64,000 nucleotides of DNA from Chrysomallon squamiferum (GCA_012295275.1 CM022673.1:6138001-6202000), one strand, 5' to 3'; counted from the first letter of the stretch, positions 15,001-30,892 are shown. Made by a program: numbers and translations. Notes: generated by a model not told the origin, from the sequence alone.

Positions 15001-15262
15001 CTCATTCTTACTTGATGTTTTACATAGCGAATGATGATGAATACTAAAATCTGTATTAAACTGTATGATAAAGAGATTTAAATAGGATTTACATTACATT
15101 ACATTATTTTATATTGCATATACGAATAATGTACATTTAGAAATGAATAATGATATATTTTAATATATAAACGTACTGAAGATTTTAATAATACGATTTC
15201 TTAACTAACTTACTAACTAACTAACTAACTAAATAAATAAATAAATAAATAAACAAAAACTG

Positions 15263-15360
15263 TGGTTTATTCTTGCCAGTTAGCAGCAAGTAATGTTATA
15301 TAAACACCTTCCCACGGATTTATCTAAGACTATGACATAGTATTGTGGAGACATTGGGAA
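15263..15360 (-). mobile_element. Degenerate dispersed repeat (SINE-like), related to 53291-53390
   Basis: Shares TGG.TTATTC...AGCAGCAAG..AT.TT.TA.A with 53291-53330. Confidence 0.35.
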
Positions 15361-16381
15361 AATGTTGAGATACACTTGAAATCAAATAGAATGGGTAAAA
15401 AATACAAACAAATAATTTCATCGATCGTTTTCCAGTTTAGAAAATAAATTAAAACTTAGAAAATTGAGGAAAACTCAAGAAGAGAGTAAATACCAAATAT
15501 CAGCTGATGTTATTGTTATTGATTGTAAAGAGTTGACATAAGACATTCAAAAATTCGAATGAAATAATTCAATATCAGAAATAAATGAATGAATGAATGA
15601 ATAAAAAACGATGCAATGAGAGAAGAACAAAGTTACATGTTAATAATCAATAAATTTAATATATTAATTATTTTTTTATTATTATTATTATAAAATTCTG
15701 ACTGTGTATGTTTATTAACGAACAAGTATGGTGATTATATTGCCTCATTAATTACCAAAAATTGTCGTTATGATTTTTTACTAATAAATTAGTAATGCAA
15801 TTACATATCTTTATTAATAAGTTGAGTTGGTGACTACGAATCTTTATTAATAAAATAACATGTTGATTAATTATCTGTATTAATAAGATAACATGTTGAT
15901 AACGTATTTTTATTAATAAGAAAGCATAATGATTATGTATGTTTGTTTGAGTAAGTCAGCTGGATGACGTATCTTTATTAACAAAGCACAATCATGAATA
16001 TGTATGTTTATTAATGTGGCATAATGGTGATTATGTATCTCACTTACTATTACGTATCTCAATAGAAAGCACGTTTTAGTATTTTGGTTCAAATACACAT
16101 CAATCTGTATTAAATTATACTGGCGGCATGTCAAGGCAAAGAACGAAACGGAATATTTGTTTAATATCAGCGTATGTTATTTACCCAGCAGGCAGTGATT
16201 CAGGCATTGTGACCCTCGGTCAAGAGTTTAATAAAGGAAAATTCACTGACGTGTCTTTCTGGATTATGACTTTTGATTAACCTCGGCGAGGTTCTCACAG
16301 GCACTTTCGTGTATTTCATTTATTGTGCAGATATACATGTGTGCGTATTAGACATGCAGAAGCAGAATATTTGTATTAGCA

Positions 16382-16416
<35 letters not shown>

Positions 16417-17759
16417 AAAAATATAGAAAAGACAGACACACACACACCACATACTCACACAAACAACACTTGCGCATGCACACGCATACACCTGTACGTA
16501 TACATTCGCGCACACACATATATAGACACACACTTACTAACAGCTTGAAAGGAGATAGAGAGACGTACAGACAAAGACATATAGATAAAGAGATATAGAG
16601 CGATAGAGAGAAAGATAAGGAGGGAGGGAAGCAGAGGAAAATATGTCTTATTACACCAGTCTAAATATAATGCATAAATCATGATTTTAACTTAAGATAA
16701 TCATGCATCATGATTTATTAACTAATTAATTAAAATGATATTTTTATTATCAGTATTATTATTATTTTATTATTATTTTGTAAAGAAAATAATCCTGTAT
16801 ACTGGAAACCCGAGGACATATTGCTGATGGAGGGTATTTGATTGACTGTCTCATGTTGACAGCGGAAGATGTTGAATTAACTTTATAAGGAATTGATGTG
16901 TCAGGCTTGTTATTTACCCAGTCGCGTGTTTTCCTCTCGCCAGCAGAGAGCATCGCATCCCAACAACAGTCTAAACTTCAAAAATCGAATGCTGCTTGTT
17001 CAATATCAAACACTGCAGGATATTCAGAACGGTCCACACCGAAATTCTCTTGTATGGAATGTTCGATGTTGGTCTTTTGCAAATACGGTGGCTCTTGCAA
17101 TTCAGTAATAGAAAGAACTGGAACTTAGAATTTTTTTTTTTTTTTTTCCTCAGTATGATTACTGCAAAGAAACTAAAAACACTGGAGTTAAAAGAAAACT
17201 ACAGGAAATCTAACAGCTAAATTCACTTTAGTTTCAAGAGTTCAGAATAACTGAATAGATATTTTTACCCGAAAGGTCCTTCGATTTGCAGAGAATTACT
17301 TTTCCTTATTCTCCTTTCTCGAAACGATAGTTCAATAATAAGGCCCTAGGACTTCAAACAAATGATACGCTATTAATATTTGCAGAACTCAAGCAAATAG
17401 AACGCATGTGATTGGAGAATAAAGACATTTTATTTTATTTTAACGATCACCAGACTAATGAAGATTATAATTATTATGGGGAACAGAAATTGTTGTCGAT
17501 GATGGCAGGTATGGTAGATGGGTGTGAATGAAACAGCAAGGAAATGGAGTTGATATGCTTGCTTATGGGTGAAAAATAAAAGGAACTGCTTTTTAGAATC
17601 AGTTTAAATAAATATATTTCACATATTTTAATTTTTTTTTTTTTAAATATGGATACATCATTAACGTAGCATAATTTAAAAAAAAAAAATGATTTAAATA
17701 TTATTTTAAGAAAAAATATGAATACAAATTATTTTTTAAAAATTCCAATTATGCTTTTT

Positions 17760-18025
17760 CCCTCTAACTCTCTTTAATTCTTCGAGTATCTTTTCTTTCT
17801 CTTACTCTCACTTTTTGTGTCATTCCTGTTTCCTTCTCCTCTTTTATTATCTTTTTCTTTCTCTCTCTCATCTCTTTTTCGTTTTCTCTCTTTTCTTTCT
17901 CTGTTTTTTCTTTTGTCTCTCTCTCTTTCTCTGACATTTCTTTTTCGTTCCCTCTCTTTCACCATCTTGTTTTCTCTATATCTTTATATGACTTTCGTTC
18001 TTTCTCTTTCACTGAATATTCTTCT

Positions 18026-18088
<63 letters not shown>

Positions 18089-18120
18089 CTCTCTCACTCC
18101 CTCTCTCACTCCCTCCCCCT
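17760..18120. repeat. Long polypyrimidine low-complexity tract ending in (CT)n
   Basis: Directly visible. Confidence 0.85.
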
Positions 18121-20618
18121 ATTAATCTATCTATCATTCCACTTTCGATTCCCGTCTTAACACTAATCTACTCTGAACAGAATAATCTTAATTTTCACAC
18201 AGACTTGTTTGACTTAAATCATGATTTCGCGTTCTAGCAAACATTGTTCAGGTTTAATCTTTCCTTATTTCAAGACGATTTACTTACGTGGTTTTTATAG
18301 CTTTCCCAGACAGATATATACACACCTACGAGTATAGGTAATCGATTAAATATCTTTATTGCGTTGCCCTGTGCGACCAGTGTTCTTGATTTACATGCAT
18401 GCTGCGCTATTGTTTGATGTTTTTAGACTGTCGAAGTAATTCTCATTCACCGACCGTGTTAATTCTGAAAAAAACTATTCTTCAAACCACAGTCGAGATG
18501 AGAAAAACGTTATATACCTGGTTTCTTTTCGATTTATTACATCCACACACACACGGACACACACGCACACACACACACATGTATATATATTTATATCGGA
18601 AACGTTACCTGTAAAGAAAATGGTTTTGAAGAGAAAGAAAAAAAAAAGTGAAAAACATAATAATGACAATTAAACAAATAAATAAACAAATAAACAAAAA
18701 AACAAACAAACAAACAAATACAAAAATAATAAAAATAAAAATAAGGTGTTTTAATAACATTTGTTTGTGTGTTTTTCTGTAAGTTTTTTGTTGTTACTGT
18801 TGTTATTTTCTGATAGTGACAAAGAAACAGACAAATAAATAGACACACAGACAGAGATGAATAGATGGGAAGAGATGTCAGGAACCATAAACATTGCTCT
18901 CTGTAGAGTGTGTTCGTATGTTTCTGTCTGTGTATTGAAATCATTATTTGCAAATTCGGAAAACGAAACAAATTATACATATGTTAAAAGCAAATTCAGT
19001 TAATATATAAAGAGTAAAACGTAGCACAAGTACAATCAAATCAAAAATATATCTTCAAAATCAGAATCTGACCAAACAAATTGTTGAACGATCTAAAAAT
19101 ATATTCTTCGTCATCTTTTCTTCATTTTTTTCCCCCAAGAAAACCACCAAAAACATTTTATTGAGAAAACGAATAAAACATTTTTTTTCTCTCCTCCACT
19201 ATAGTAATTTAGGGATCAAAAAAAAAAAAAAAATTGAAAGAAATGGAAGTTAAATATCGAGCATATAATCAATGTGATTAATTCAATATTGTCGTCGGAT
19301 CTAATTTGTCGTATTGTAGCTATTTACCAAGTCTGGCCGTTCTCAAACACCGCAACGATTTTTATTGGCGAGACAGTCGGTCTATTTTCACTTCTGCTCC
19401 GCTATCGTACAGCCGAATCATAAAAGCAAACCTAATTGTGAGGAAACGTCTATGGACATACGTATTACATGGTCTCTTGAAGAGCTATACCTCTTTATCG
19501 AAGCGGTGAGTTTTGGAATTAATTGAAGAAGCCGAGCTTTTCGCACGAAGTTTCGGCACAAGTCAGCATTGTGAAAGGTTATGGAAATGTCCGGTGCAAA
19601 GGTAATCCGATAGAAAGCGAGCAAGACTGAGTCGCTATTGAGTCGTTTACCAATGGTCAAAATGTTGATTAGCAAATGACGCCAAAAACCCGAGCGAACG
19701 GAGGGCAAATATTAAATGCCCGGAGACAGAGAGAGGGTTTTTGACGGAGCGGAGGAGGGAAATGAAAAAATAATAAAAATCTCATATGTTCCAATAAAAG
19801 AGATTTTCCATTGATGGGAACTGATGAGATTAAATATGTACACTTTGGAAAAAAAAAAAATAAAAAAAAGGAAAAAGTGGAACTGATTAGAATGAGTGAA
19901 GCTGAAAATCTGAAGATAGGGAGATTGAATAAATAAGCGATGGATGGATGAATAATTGATAAAAGAATAACAGAATGAATAAATGATTTAAAAAAATTGA
20001 CAGAACGAACCACTGATGAATGAATGACAGATTGAATAAATGATGCAAAGATGACAAAAATAACAAATGTTCATTTAAACAATCTTCAGTTCTTTCTCCT
20101 GTGTTATTAGGTGTTAAATTTATATTGTTTTTTCTTTTTTCTACAAGTAAACCACTGATGTTTTTGCCAACAAACAGTCCGGTTCCTCTTTCAAATCGAA
20201 AAGAATAATGTTGTTTTACGGTGTGTAAATTTTATGCACGGAATAAAACTTCATTAATCCGACAAATGCATACGTTGATGGAAAAAAATGTCTTTGACAA
20301 GGTTTTTGTTTCTGGGAAGATTCAAGACATTTTTGTCAGTTTTTGAAACTTAACACCGAGGATTTGTGTTTGTGAGAGGGCCTAAGTTTTTTTCTGTTAT
20401 TTATTTATTTATTTATTTATTTATAGTTTGCTTTTCCTTTGTTATTATTATTTTTTTATAACTTCTTACACAGTTATAAAATATGTATGTATGTATACAT
20501 GAATACATATATAGTATCAGTACCGTAAAGTAAATCATGTTTTATACAATAATATCTGTGATAGATGGACAAACCGTTAAAATAAAAGGTGTATGACAAA
20601 AAAATGAGAGAGAAGAAG

Positions 20619-20622
<4 letters not shown>

Positions 20623-20708
<86 letters not shown>
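20623..20708. repeat. (GA)n microsatellite
   Basis: Perfect dinucleotide run. Confidence 0.95.
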
Positions 20709-20711
<3 letters not shown>

Positions 20712-22266
20712 GCGAGTATTTAACATTTCTTGCTCCTAAATCACAAGTATTGCTTGAAGATTATTTCTCAGAATCAACAACATAAATTATTTCGTATTAC
20801 TCTTTGGGAAATTTTCACACAATCACATTTTAACGAAAAGAGAGCACAGGTCAAAAATATGATTCCACTAATAACTCCAGATTCTTTAAAGAACAATTTC
20901 TTCAAATGTCTACGTACTTGTAACGGGAACATAAAAAGAAAAAGAAAAAAAAAAAAAAAAAAAAAAAAAAAGGAATATCTGATACCCGATGCTTATTTGC
21001 AACCCTCTGCAATGATGTGAAAACGAGAGAGCGTTATATTGATTCCATTTGAAAAGATCTTCGGTAATAACGCGGGAGCTCGAGAAAGATGTATAAAGAG
21101 CCAAGTGTCGCGAACTATCTAAGACGGTGTTTACCCAAGAGTAAAACAAACCATTTTAAAACCAAATCCGGACAGCGAATCTCTCGCGTGAGAACTTTCC
21201 GAAGATCAAGCAGGCGGCGGGTTTTTCGTCCAGCAGAGGTTAGCAATCAACTGGCGACGTCTTACAACACACAGATTGTGTTGAATCTTTTTTTTTTTTT
21301 TTTTTTTTTTTTCGTGTATTCCACGAAACAAGTGCCGGAGTAAATTGCAAGGGCAAAGAGTTAACGGCAGAACAATTTTCAGTCCTTGATCGGACTTCGG
21401 TGTATTCAAAATGTTCAATTGAAACTTCAAAAGACGAGAAGATGAGAGAGAGAGAGAGAAAAAAAATTAAAACATTATTCAAAGTGTATAATCAGTCAAT
21501 ATGTCCCTTTGGAATGGTGTTATCATTTTTGAAATGTGCTTTACTTTTCACTGATGTGAAAGATCAAGCACCTCTGACTTCGTACGAAATTGAAGAATCT
21601 CGGTTTTCCACCTAAAGAGAATGTTACTGTTAGGATATGTTAATGGGTTTGTTATAATGGTTTTGCACCTCTATCCCAAATGCTGATGTTTTTTTTTTTT
21701 TATTCAGTTACTCACTTACTGTATGTGGAAAATGTTTTAAGCTAGATTTTCTTCCATTACGCGTTCAGATGTGAGAGAAAAATAGTAAAAAAAAAATAAT
21801 AATAATAAATAAAAAAAATAAAATAAAAAATAAAAAAAAAAAATAAATAAATAAAAATAACAAATAAACAAAATAAAATAAAAAATTTCGTAAAAAAAAA
21901 TAAATAAAATAACAGCGACAGTTTGTTTGTTTTGGTTTGTTTTTAATTTGGTGGTGGGGGATAGTTGATTTTTTTTTTTTTTTTTTTTTTTTATAATAAT
22001 AACAATAACAATAACGATAACAATACAACAAACAACAAGAACAATTATTATGATTATTATTATTATTATTATTATTATAAACAACTCATAAATTTTGGAC
22101 CATTTGTGTTTTAATTCTTTGTGACCAGAAACAAATCTGTTGCCAGCAATAAAGAAAGAAAATAGTAGTATAGTGCTCTACACAATTATAGCAATGTCGC
22201 CATTTTAACATGTGCAGTAGTTCGCCATCTTACAGATTCTATGTGTTAACAATTTAACCAGAATTA

Positions 22267-22316
<50 letters not shown>

Positions 22317-23097
22317 AAATTAACTAAAATAAACAAATAAATAAATAAATAAATAATTATTTAAAAAAAAAAATTCATGCAGCTTCGTTTTTTTATTTTG
22401 CTCTAGTCGCCATTAACCCTGGGGTATTCGCCTCTAGATCTAATCAATAAACTGCTTAAAAGGGAGCTTTCTTTTTTTCTTCTTCTTCTTCTTCGCTTTT
22501 TTTTTTATTTTTTTTTTTTTATGTAGGCGAATGGTTTCCTTATCTGTGGACACATTTGAAGTGGGCGAATCGTTCGCAAACCTTTACAAGACCTTTCAAA
22601 ATCCCACGTATCGTTGTCGGCTCACTTTTCACTTTTTATCACACAAAATGTCTCTTATATTTGATACGTCGTCCGGTCAGGGCTTTTTTTCCGTCGGAGC
22701 ACTCTTAGACTCCAGTTTCCGGTGAAGGCGAATTCTGCTCCTCGTTCAGTCTAGACTTGTCGCGAAGGCTTGTTTTATCGAGACTTACAAGTCGTCATTA
22801 CGCGCCGAGTAATTACAGTGAGACACGTCACGATTAGTGACCTGTTCCATTGAAATCTGTCATTTTACACTTCGTCTCTCAAGACTTAATTCTCTCTGCG
22901 TACCCGATCTTTTGAAATTGCGCACACAAACTCAGAGGCGAAACGCTGTCGACTCCTGGGAAATCTGTTACTCGTATCGAATTTTAAAGGCGATTTGAGA
23001 CTGCAGATAATCTGTGTCCTCTAAGTAGCTCATTTAGAATATAATTGGAAAGAAATATTGATTAGTGAAATCCGGACTAAAATGATCAGACATTTGT

Positions 23098-23101
<4 letters not shown>

Positions 23102-23180
<79 letters not shown>
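23102..23180. repeat. (CT)n microsatellite
   Basis: Perfect dinucleotide run. Confidence 0.95.
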
Positions 23181-23184
<4 letters not shown>

Positions 23185-23510
23185 GTTGTTTGTTTGTTTT
23201 ATTGTGTTTTGGTTCCAGCAAGTCTTCTTTTGGCGCATCCATTTTGACAGTGTCTGCTTATGTAAGCCTGTCTGTCTATGTACCTATATGTCTGCCTGCA
23301 CATGCCTGACTGTTTATATAAAAGCATACTGACTTATACACATTTCATTTAGAAGTTTCAATAATAGTGGATATAAAAAGGTAAAATTAAAACCCTACGG
23401 GGTTAAAGTTAAGGTCGATGTAGCTACTGAAGAAAAAAACATTTGCGAATCTCTAAATTACATGAGTATATAAATCTTATATGTGATTAAGATTTATTTA
23501 ACAAACAAAC

Positions 23511-23567
<57 letters not shown>

Positions 23568-23831
23568 TAAATGTACGGTAACTCGTACCCGCAATCTTTA
23601 CCGCCAAAAAAAAAAAAAAAAAAGATAAAAGTTAAAAAAAAAAAAATTCAAATTAAACATTTATAAAATAAATTTATATAAAAACCGAAAACGGGAGGCA
23701 AAGTGTACAATTAAAACAATCCGACAGAAAACTTACGAGGAGATAAAAATGAAAAAAAAAAAAAAAAAAAAAAAAAAACCTCTTACAAACCGACAGAAAT
23801 GGGTTTCCGTAGCAAGGTCATATTATCAGCT

Positions 23832-23867
<36 letters not shown>

Positions 23868-26072
23868 TAGCCAGATAATTAATGCCGTAACAGATTGACC
23901 TCAGACGTTTCACAGAGCTTCAGAGCATGTCGTCTTCCTGTTACGCTTAAAGTAATTTATAGGATTCGTTCAGTGAAATGATCGCCGAACGGAATTTGTA
24001 ACCAGCAGACTGAATAGCCAATTACGTTGTTTATACTTTTGGGAATCTTAAATCAAGTCGCTTTCACTGAAATCGAAAACCTGGCAAAATGATTCATAGT
24101 TCTTAATAGTCGTTTAAGTGAATGGGAATCTGGAGTACTCACGTTCTGTATAATTTACATCTAATTAAGAAAATATAGATAATCAGGATATAATGCTTTT
24201 AATTGCTTCCGCCTAGGTGTGTTTTGCTGCTGCTGTTGTTGTTGGTGTTAGTAGTTCTACTACTGTTATTGGTACTACTACTACAGCTACTACTATATGT
24301 TTAATTTTAGAGAAATAAAATATTACATTGTGCCATAAATTATTAATAAATAATAACAACAACAATAAATCAATAAATTACATAATAATAATAATAACAG
24401 TAGTAGTTGTAGTAGTAGTAGTAGTAGTAGTAGGAGTAGTAGTAATAATAATAATAACAGCAACAGCAACAGCAACAACAACAATAACAATAATAATAAT
24501 GATTAATATTTTTTAGCATAAAATAAAAATATATTTAATTGAAATGTTAACATTATGATGTTGCTTTTCTTTTGGTTTCAATGGGTTCTTTTTTTTTTTT
24601 TTTAATTTATTATTATTATTGCATAACGAAAAACAAAAGAATAAATAAATATTTAAAATAAACAAAACAGGAAGTACATGCACATAGCTGATTTACTTTT
24701 AAAGGAAGTATAACATTTTACATTAAAAATATTGTATTCTGTTACTTTTTTTTTTTATCGATTTCAGTTATATCAAATATGACACCACGCGTGGAATGAC
24801 CTTGGCGTTGGATGTTAATTAACCTGGGTGCTCTCGTCCAATAGAATTCCAATAATTTGTTAACTCCGAATCGTTACCACCAGATTTGACTTATCCTTAT
24901 GGTAACTATTTATGGTATCACAGTTATTAACGTACATAATACACCCACATATGTGACTTTAATCGTAGTGGTGTTTCAAGAAGGGCTGCAACGGCCAAAT
25001 CCTTTGCATAGTTACAAAAGGCATAACTAGAGTTAGAAACTTTAAAAATATAGCACCTATTGATTAAAAAATCCGCGAGAAGGGGAAATGTTATTTAAAG
25101 AAAGACAACTGTTTTTAGAAAAAAAGAAAAGAAAAAAAAACAAAAAACGTTCATATAAATGAATAATAAATATAAAATGTTTAATGGTAACAATGATATG
25201 TTGTTGAAAATTAAGGAGAATATATCGATATTTCGCGATACAAACCTACTTATTTTGATTATCGATTCTAATAATGATAAATTAATCGATATATAAATCG
25301 AAAGACATACAATTATCTCTGCATTTTAAAAACAGTTCACGTACAGAAATGTTTTTAAAAAAAAAAAAAAAAAAAATACACCATTTTACTGTTTTGCGAA
25401 ATATAGATATTATCCACAATATTCTTCGACAATTTCAATTATTTATGTGAAACACACCCCAGAGAAAAGTCGAACGAAAACATTTACGGCGATATCCTAG
25501 CGAAGTCTTGTTGCGTAACAAGCAGTTAGGAACCAGTCACGCGATAAAGCGACCAGTGTATCGGTTGCGGCAGACGAGAGTCGCGCTTTCTGGCGGGTTT
25601 TGCGGTGCGTTGTAGAAAAATGATAGATTACATACCTACCTACCTTGGCAATTGAATATCGTTTGCACAGTCAACTGAACGATTTCTCAGATGTCTTTAT
25701 TATTAAATGATGTAGGAGAAAAAAAACGATAAAAAGAAGAAAAAACGTAACTAATTAGAAGGAGAGTGTGGCCGCCGGGCTATGAAGTTATTAAAAGTAT
25801 GTACTGAAAATAGAATATGGATCGTTTAATCGTACAGTTTTTTTCACAGTAAATTTAGTGTTAAACGAACTGAAAAATTGTTTTGATTTACTCATCTTCT
25901 TCTATTCCTTCATCAACGTTAATTTTTTCGTTTTTTTAAAATTTTTTTGTTATTATTTGTAAACTGAATGTCTATGTAATGTTTATGTGTTTCAGAGAGA
26001 AACAGAAATGTGTATGATATGAGAAAAGAAAGAGTTTACGTGTTTGTCTGATTGCCTGGTTTGGTACGTACC

Positions 26073-26075
<3 letters not shown>

Positions 26076-26151
<76 letters not shown>
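26076..26151. repeat. (GA)n microsatellite
   Basis: Perfect dinucleotide run. Confidence 0.95.
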
Positions 26152-26156
<5 letters not shown>

Positions 26157-27922
26157 CTTTCTTCTTTTATTTATTTTTATTATTTTAAATATTATTATTA
26201 TTATTAGTTTTTTATTGTTTTTTTTTTCCTTTCCTTGCATTTTTTTTTTTTAGCCAGAATTATTCAATCAAAACTAAAATTACACACTCGTTAAATTTTC
26301 ATCTTTAACTAATTTTTATTACTAGTGTCATTTCGTTATTACAAATGTTCTAAAACAGTCATCTGTCACTGTATGAACTGGTGCAGGACACTACGAAGAG
26401 AGATAGTGCACCTCTATTTTAATTATATTAATGCCTTTCGATCTACCCTGCAATCAATCAAACTGTCACTCCTAAGTGATGCATGTTCAAATTGGGGGAA
26501 ATCAACAATGGCGAGTTTCGGCGAAAATATCTCTCCTGTAAGACCTGCTAATATAACAATAATTGATGATCTTTTCGCCTGTCTGTAATTTGTCAGCCGG
26601 AATGCTGCTTCTGGAATACACTTTTAGCGAGGGTGAGAATGCGGATCTGTGTACCGTTTGCAATCGCCGATGAATAGAAATGATGGAGTTTGTTTCAAAC
26701 TGCATATGTAAGATTAAACTCACAGTTGTGAAAATTGTAATATCAGTTATGATAGTAAAAAAAACAGGAAAGAGAAATGGTGCCACATCAACGTAAAAAG
26801 GATGATAAGATGAGTGTGATAATGATTATGCATTTAGATACGAAATAATCTGGCTTTCTTTCTCTGTATATATATATATCTCAACATCCTCCCACCCAGT
26901 CATTCCTGCCCTGCTCTTTTCACCCTGGTATTCTTCCTAGTCATTAATGGCAAACATTACTAATACTGATATAGATAAAAAGAAATATCTTATGTGAAAC
27001 ACATTCAAAACAAATACAAAAACACTTTTCGAAATGTTTGCTAATCAAATAGTCTGACGTCAGTAGTATCACAGCACTGTACTCTGTAACAGTGTTGCTC
27101 GGTCTGTTGGTAATGTCTCTCTATTTGCCATGTTCAGGAGGTGGATTTTCTTCGGCCAGTGCTTGGGTCATGGTAACTTTGATAAAGGACTGTTCTTTTT
27201 TTTTTCTTTTTCTCAAGACAGCCTAGAACAGTCATATGTTTGGATGACATGCGCATCTGTTGATAACATCTTCCGTTGCCATCTCTTACAGTGGAGTTGT
27301 TGGTGTATGACGATCACTCATTCACTCGGTCTTCGCAGTGCATTCTGGGAAACTTGGGTCTTTCCGACCACGGCGTCTAGTTTCTCCTCTCAACGCATCT
27401 TCAGAATGATGAAGAATAAGGTTATATATCCTCTGGAGAATCATTTGGTTATACTTTACAAGCAGCTGGCGCGAATGCCATTGTTGGAATGATTCTGATC
27501 CGCTGTTATAACTAATGGTTTGTATCGCAACCTTACTCTTAAGGGCTGCATTAAAGAAACAATCAAGGATATCACACTAACTGGATAAACCAACCTAAGC
27601 AATTACTATGAAGTACGTTTACAAGTGATAGATTGCAGTTTCAGACATGTTGCTCTTTAGGAGACAAATAGCAAATGCTCAAAAAGACGATTAAAAAGGA
27701 AGTTTTCTCTATTTCAAAGTTTCTGTTACGGCATTAGCATAGTATCAGTTAAATTCTTTATTAAGACTTTAGTTGTAGAGCTCTTCTGTATAAACAAGAT
27801 TACAAATAGAACACAAGCAAACAATCCATAAACATTGAAAAATATAATGTCATATATCAAAACTGAGGGAATTTAAAGGAGATAATAGGGGTGGAAACGG
27901 CCTGTGCATACGCGCGCGCTTT

Positions 27923-28175
<253 letters not shown>

Positions 28176-30344
28176 CCAGCAAAAAAGAAAGATAAAATAA
28201 TATTAAATAAACTATTCAATTAACAACCTAAATATCTAACTCAATCAGTAAGTAAGTAAGTAAGTAAAACAATAAATAAATAAATAAATAAAATATGTGC
28301 AACAAAAACAACAACAGATTTAAATTCTCTCAAAATACTTTTAATTATGTCATCGACTTCGCCTCGCCGTCTCTTTTTCTTATTTTTCTTTTTTTTTTTT
28401 TTTTTTTTTTTTTTCTTTTTATGTACGTTCCGGAACATTTCTTAATTATCCCCATTCTCTCGATATTCAGCGCATTTCCTTTCTCTTTTCCAAATGAGTA
28501 GACATTTGACGTTTCTTTGGGATATTAACATTTAACCCTCCCTCCCCTACTGTACCTCCACGACTCGCACAAACAAAAATCTTCAATTTGGAAGAACGAC
28601 AATTTCAAGGAAAATTAAGCATGGTATTCTTAGCTTTTGAACGAATCCCAAAGAAAGATATGAAATGGAACGAACGATTTTGTTGAATCTTCAAGTAGGA
28701 TCTTTGGCGGACATCTTGGGAAAAAAAAAAAAAAAAAAATGAGAGAAATAAAAATCAGCATATTGATTTAATATGTTTATCACGCTTAAGGAAATCAGGT
28801 TAAAAAGATTAAATAATGATTTTTTTTTTTTTTTTGGCCCCCTTCAGTTTGTTTTCTTCTTCCTCCGAAAGAAGACTTTTATCTCACATATGTTAAAAAG
28901 AGCCCATTTGAAAATTGTCCTTGTACCGGGCCGACAGTATGTCTGCTCAAATACAGAGATTTACTTGATTTTTTTAAATGGGAAAGTACACGTTTTTATC
29001 TTGCTAGGCCCAGTTTTGTACCAAGATCAATTTCTTTAAACCCTCCTTCTTTTTCTCTCTTTTCTTCCTTGCTTCCTTACTACATTCCTTCACTTTTATT
29101 TTCATCATAATCATCATCATAATTATCATTGTTAATAATATTTATATTGTTGTTGTTATTGCTATTGTTATTATTGCTATTATTGTTGTTGCTGTTGTTA
29201 TTGTTATTATCATCATTATCATCATCGTTATCATCATCATCATCATCATCATTATTATTATTATTATCAAAATGTATTTTTATTCATTATTTTGTTTTTG
29301 TTTTATTTTATTTTACTTATGCACATTCTTGTCAACGTCAACGTCACAAAGAAAAAGAATAACAAAATAATCGTCTTCAGAACAAGAACACAGAAAAAGT
29401 ACATTTTCTATTTATCTATAAAAATATACAGTTAAATATAGTTAATGCTTTCAAACAGAAAGTAAGAAAAACACCCACTCAGCCTTATTTCGTTTTTAGT
29501 TTACAGATTTAGAAAACTCATCAAAACTAACCAAATTGGAACTGTGAACTATTTGTGAGTTTTCCTGCCGTTAAGGCGTTGTCATACCGAACAATTTTTC
29601 GAGTGCAAAATTTACGTAATATAAGAAGAAGAAGAAGAAGAAGAAAAAAAAAATATATAAATATAGTTTTATATTCCAGCTGTAGACTTTAGTTGTTTTT
29701 GTTTGTTCTTCTTTTCAATGAATATGCAGTTATTTTATTTTATTTACATTTATTAATTTAATTTAATATGGTGAAGTTTCATTGACATTGTTTACTTCTT
29801 GTTTCACACACACACACACACACACATACACACATTGACATATATTCAGTGTTGTATTTTTAGCTTCCTCTAGCTTTAGCTTGTTGCAGCTTTAGCTAGT
29901 ATTATTGAAAACATTCCAGAAAGCATAAACAAATTTTCTCTTTTTTTTGGACAAAACATTTGCTACGTGATTCAAGTAACGTAAAAATTCAAGAAGAATT
30001 CAAGTGTGTCACAGTTATAGTATTGCATTTCAGAAGCCAGTACGTACAAATACACAGGTTAATCCAAATCGCACTTTTAGCTAAACCTTTAGCTTGAAAC
30101 ACGTTTTCTATTTTTCTTAATTTCTTTATTTGTTTTTTACTTTCTCTAAAAATATCAGCAGACAAATTAAAACCTGTTAGTTGAGGTTGTCTGCGGACAC
30201 TAATAAAAATAGCCAGTTTTTTTTTTTCCTTTCATTTTAATCTTTTTGCTTTATCTTTCAGTCTATTTCAATTTGTTCTTTGTAAATTTTAACTTTAATT
30301 CCATTTAGATACATCTAAATCAATAAAAATCATCTGCTGACTTA

Positions 30345-30379
<35 letters not shown>

Positions 30380-30829
30380 CTGGACGAAAAATAACAGGGA
30401 TCATATGATCTGTTGCGACCGCATTGAAAATGACAAAAGTATGTATTCTGTAAATGAATGGACACAAGCGACCACTTACCAGTCAATAAAGCGTTGACCA
30501 AGGGAGCAATAACAACACGGCAAAATGACAGGCTTTCAAACCCGTCTGAACATCGTGTCGGGTTCTGTCATTCCCAACACGCAGTCGTCCACAATTAGTG
30601 GAAAAGCAAACGAGATCACGCGTTTATTAGATTTGTTGTAATTACACTGGCGTAGCGAGAAAACAGTGCGCAGTTAAACACAAAGTTTCTTAATATCTTT
30701 GCTGAGAAAGATTTGCCTATCGAGTTTCTGCTTCCAGCAGTGATATATCTGGTCGGAGTAGGGAGGTATTGAATATGCATGATATGGTGATGATGGTCGA
30801 AGGCGCTAAATAACTAAATAAATAAATAA

Positions 30830-30830
<1 letters not shown>

Positions 30831-30890
<60 letters not shown>
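30831..30890. repeat. (TG)n microsatellite
   Basis: Perfect dinucleotide run. Confidence 0.95.

Positions 30891-30892
<2 letters not shown>

Noticed and set aside
25004-25020. TTGCATAGTTACAAAAG, similar to mature miR-153
   Set aside because: It diverges at the 3' end and has no complementary arm nearby to form a precursor hairpin.
27067-27097. TATCACAGC (miR-2-like 5' end) overlapping a short hairpin; likewise TAATACTGTCA (miR-8-like) at 34189
   Set aside because: These are seed-length matches only, with no precursor structure.
27090-27520. GC-richer block with a 120 aa plus-strand ORF, possibly an exon or LINE remnant
   Set aside because: I found no recognisable protein motif in the frames checked, and it is interrupted by a T-run. 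It cannot be supported without BLASTx or Dfam.
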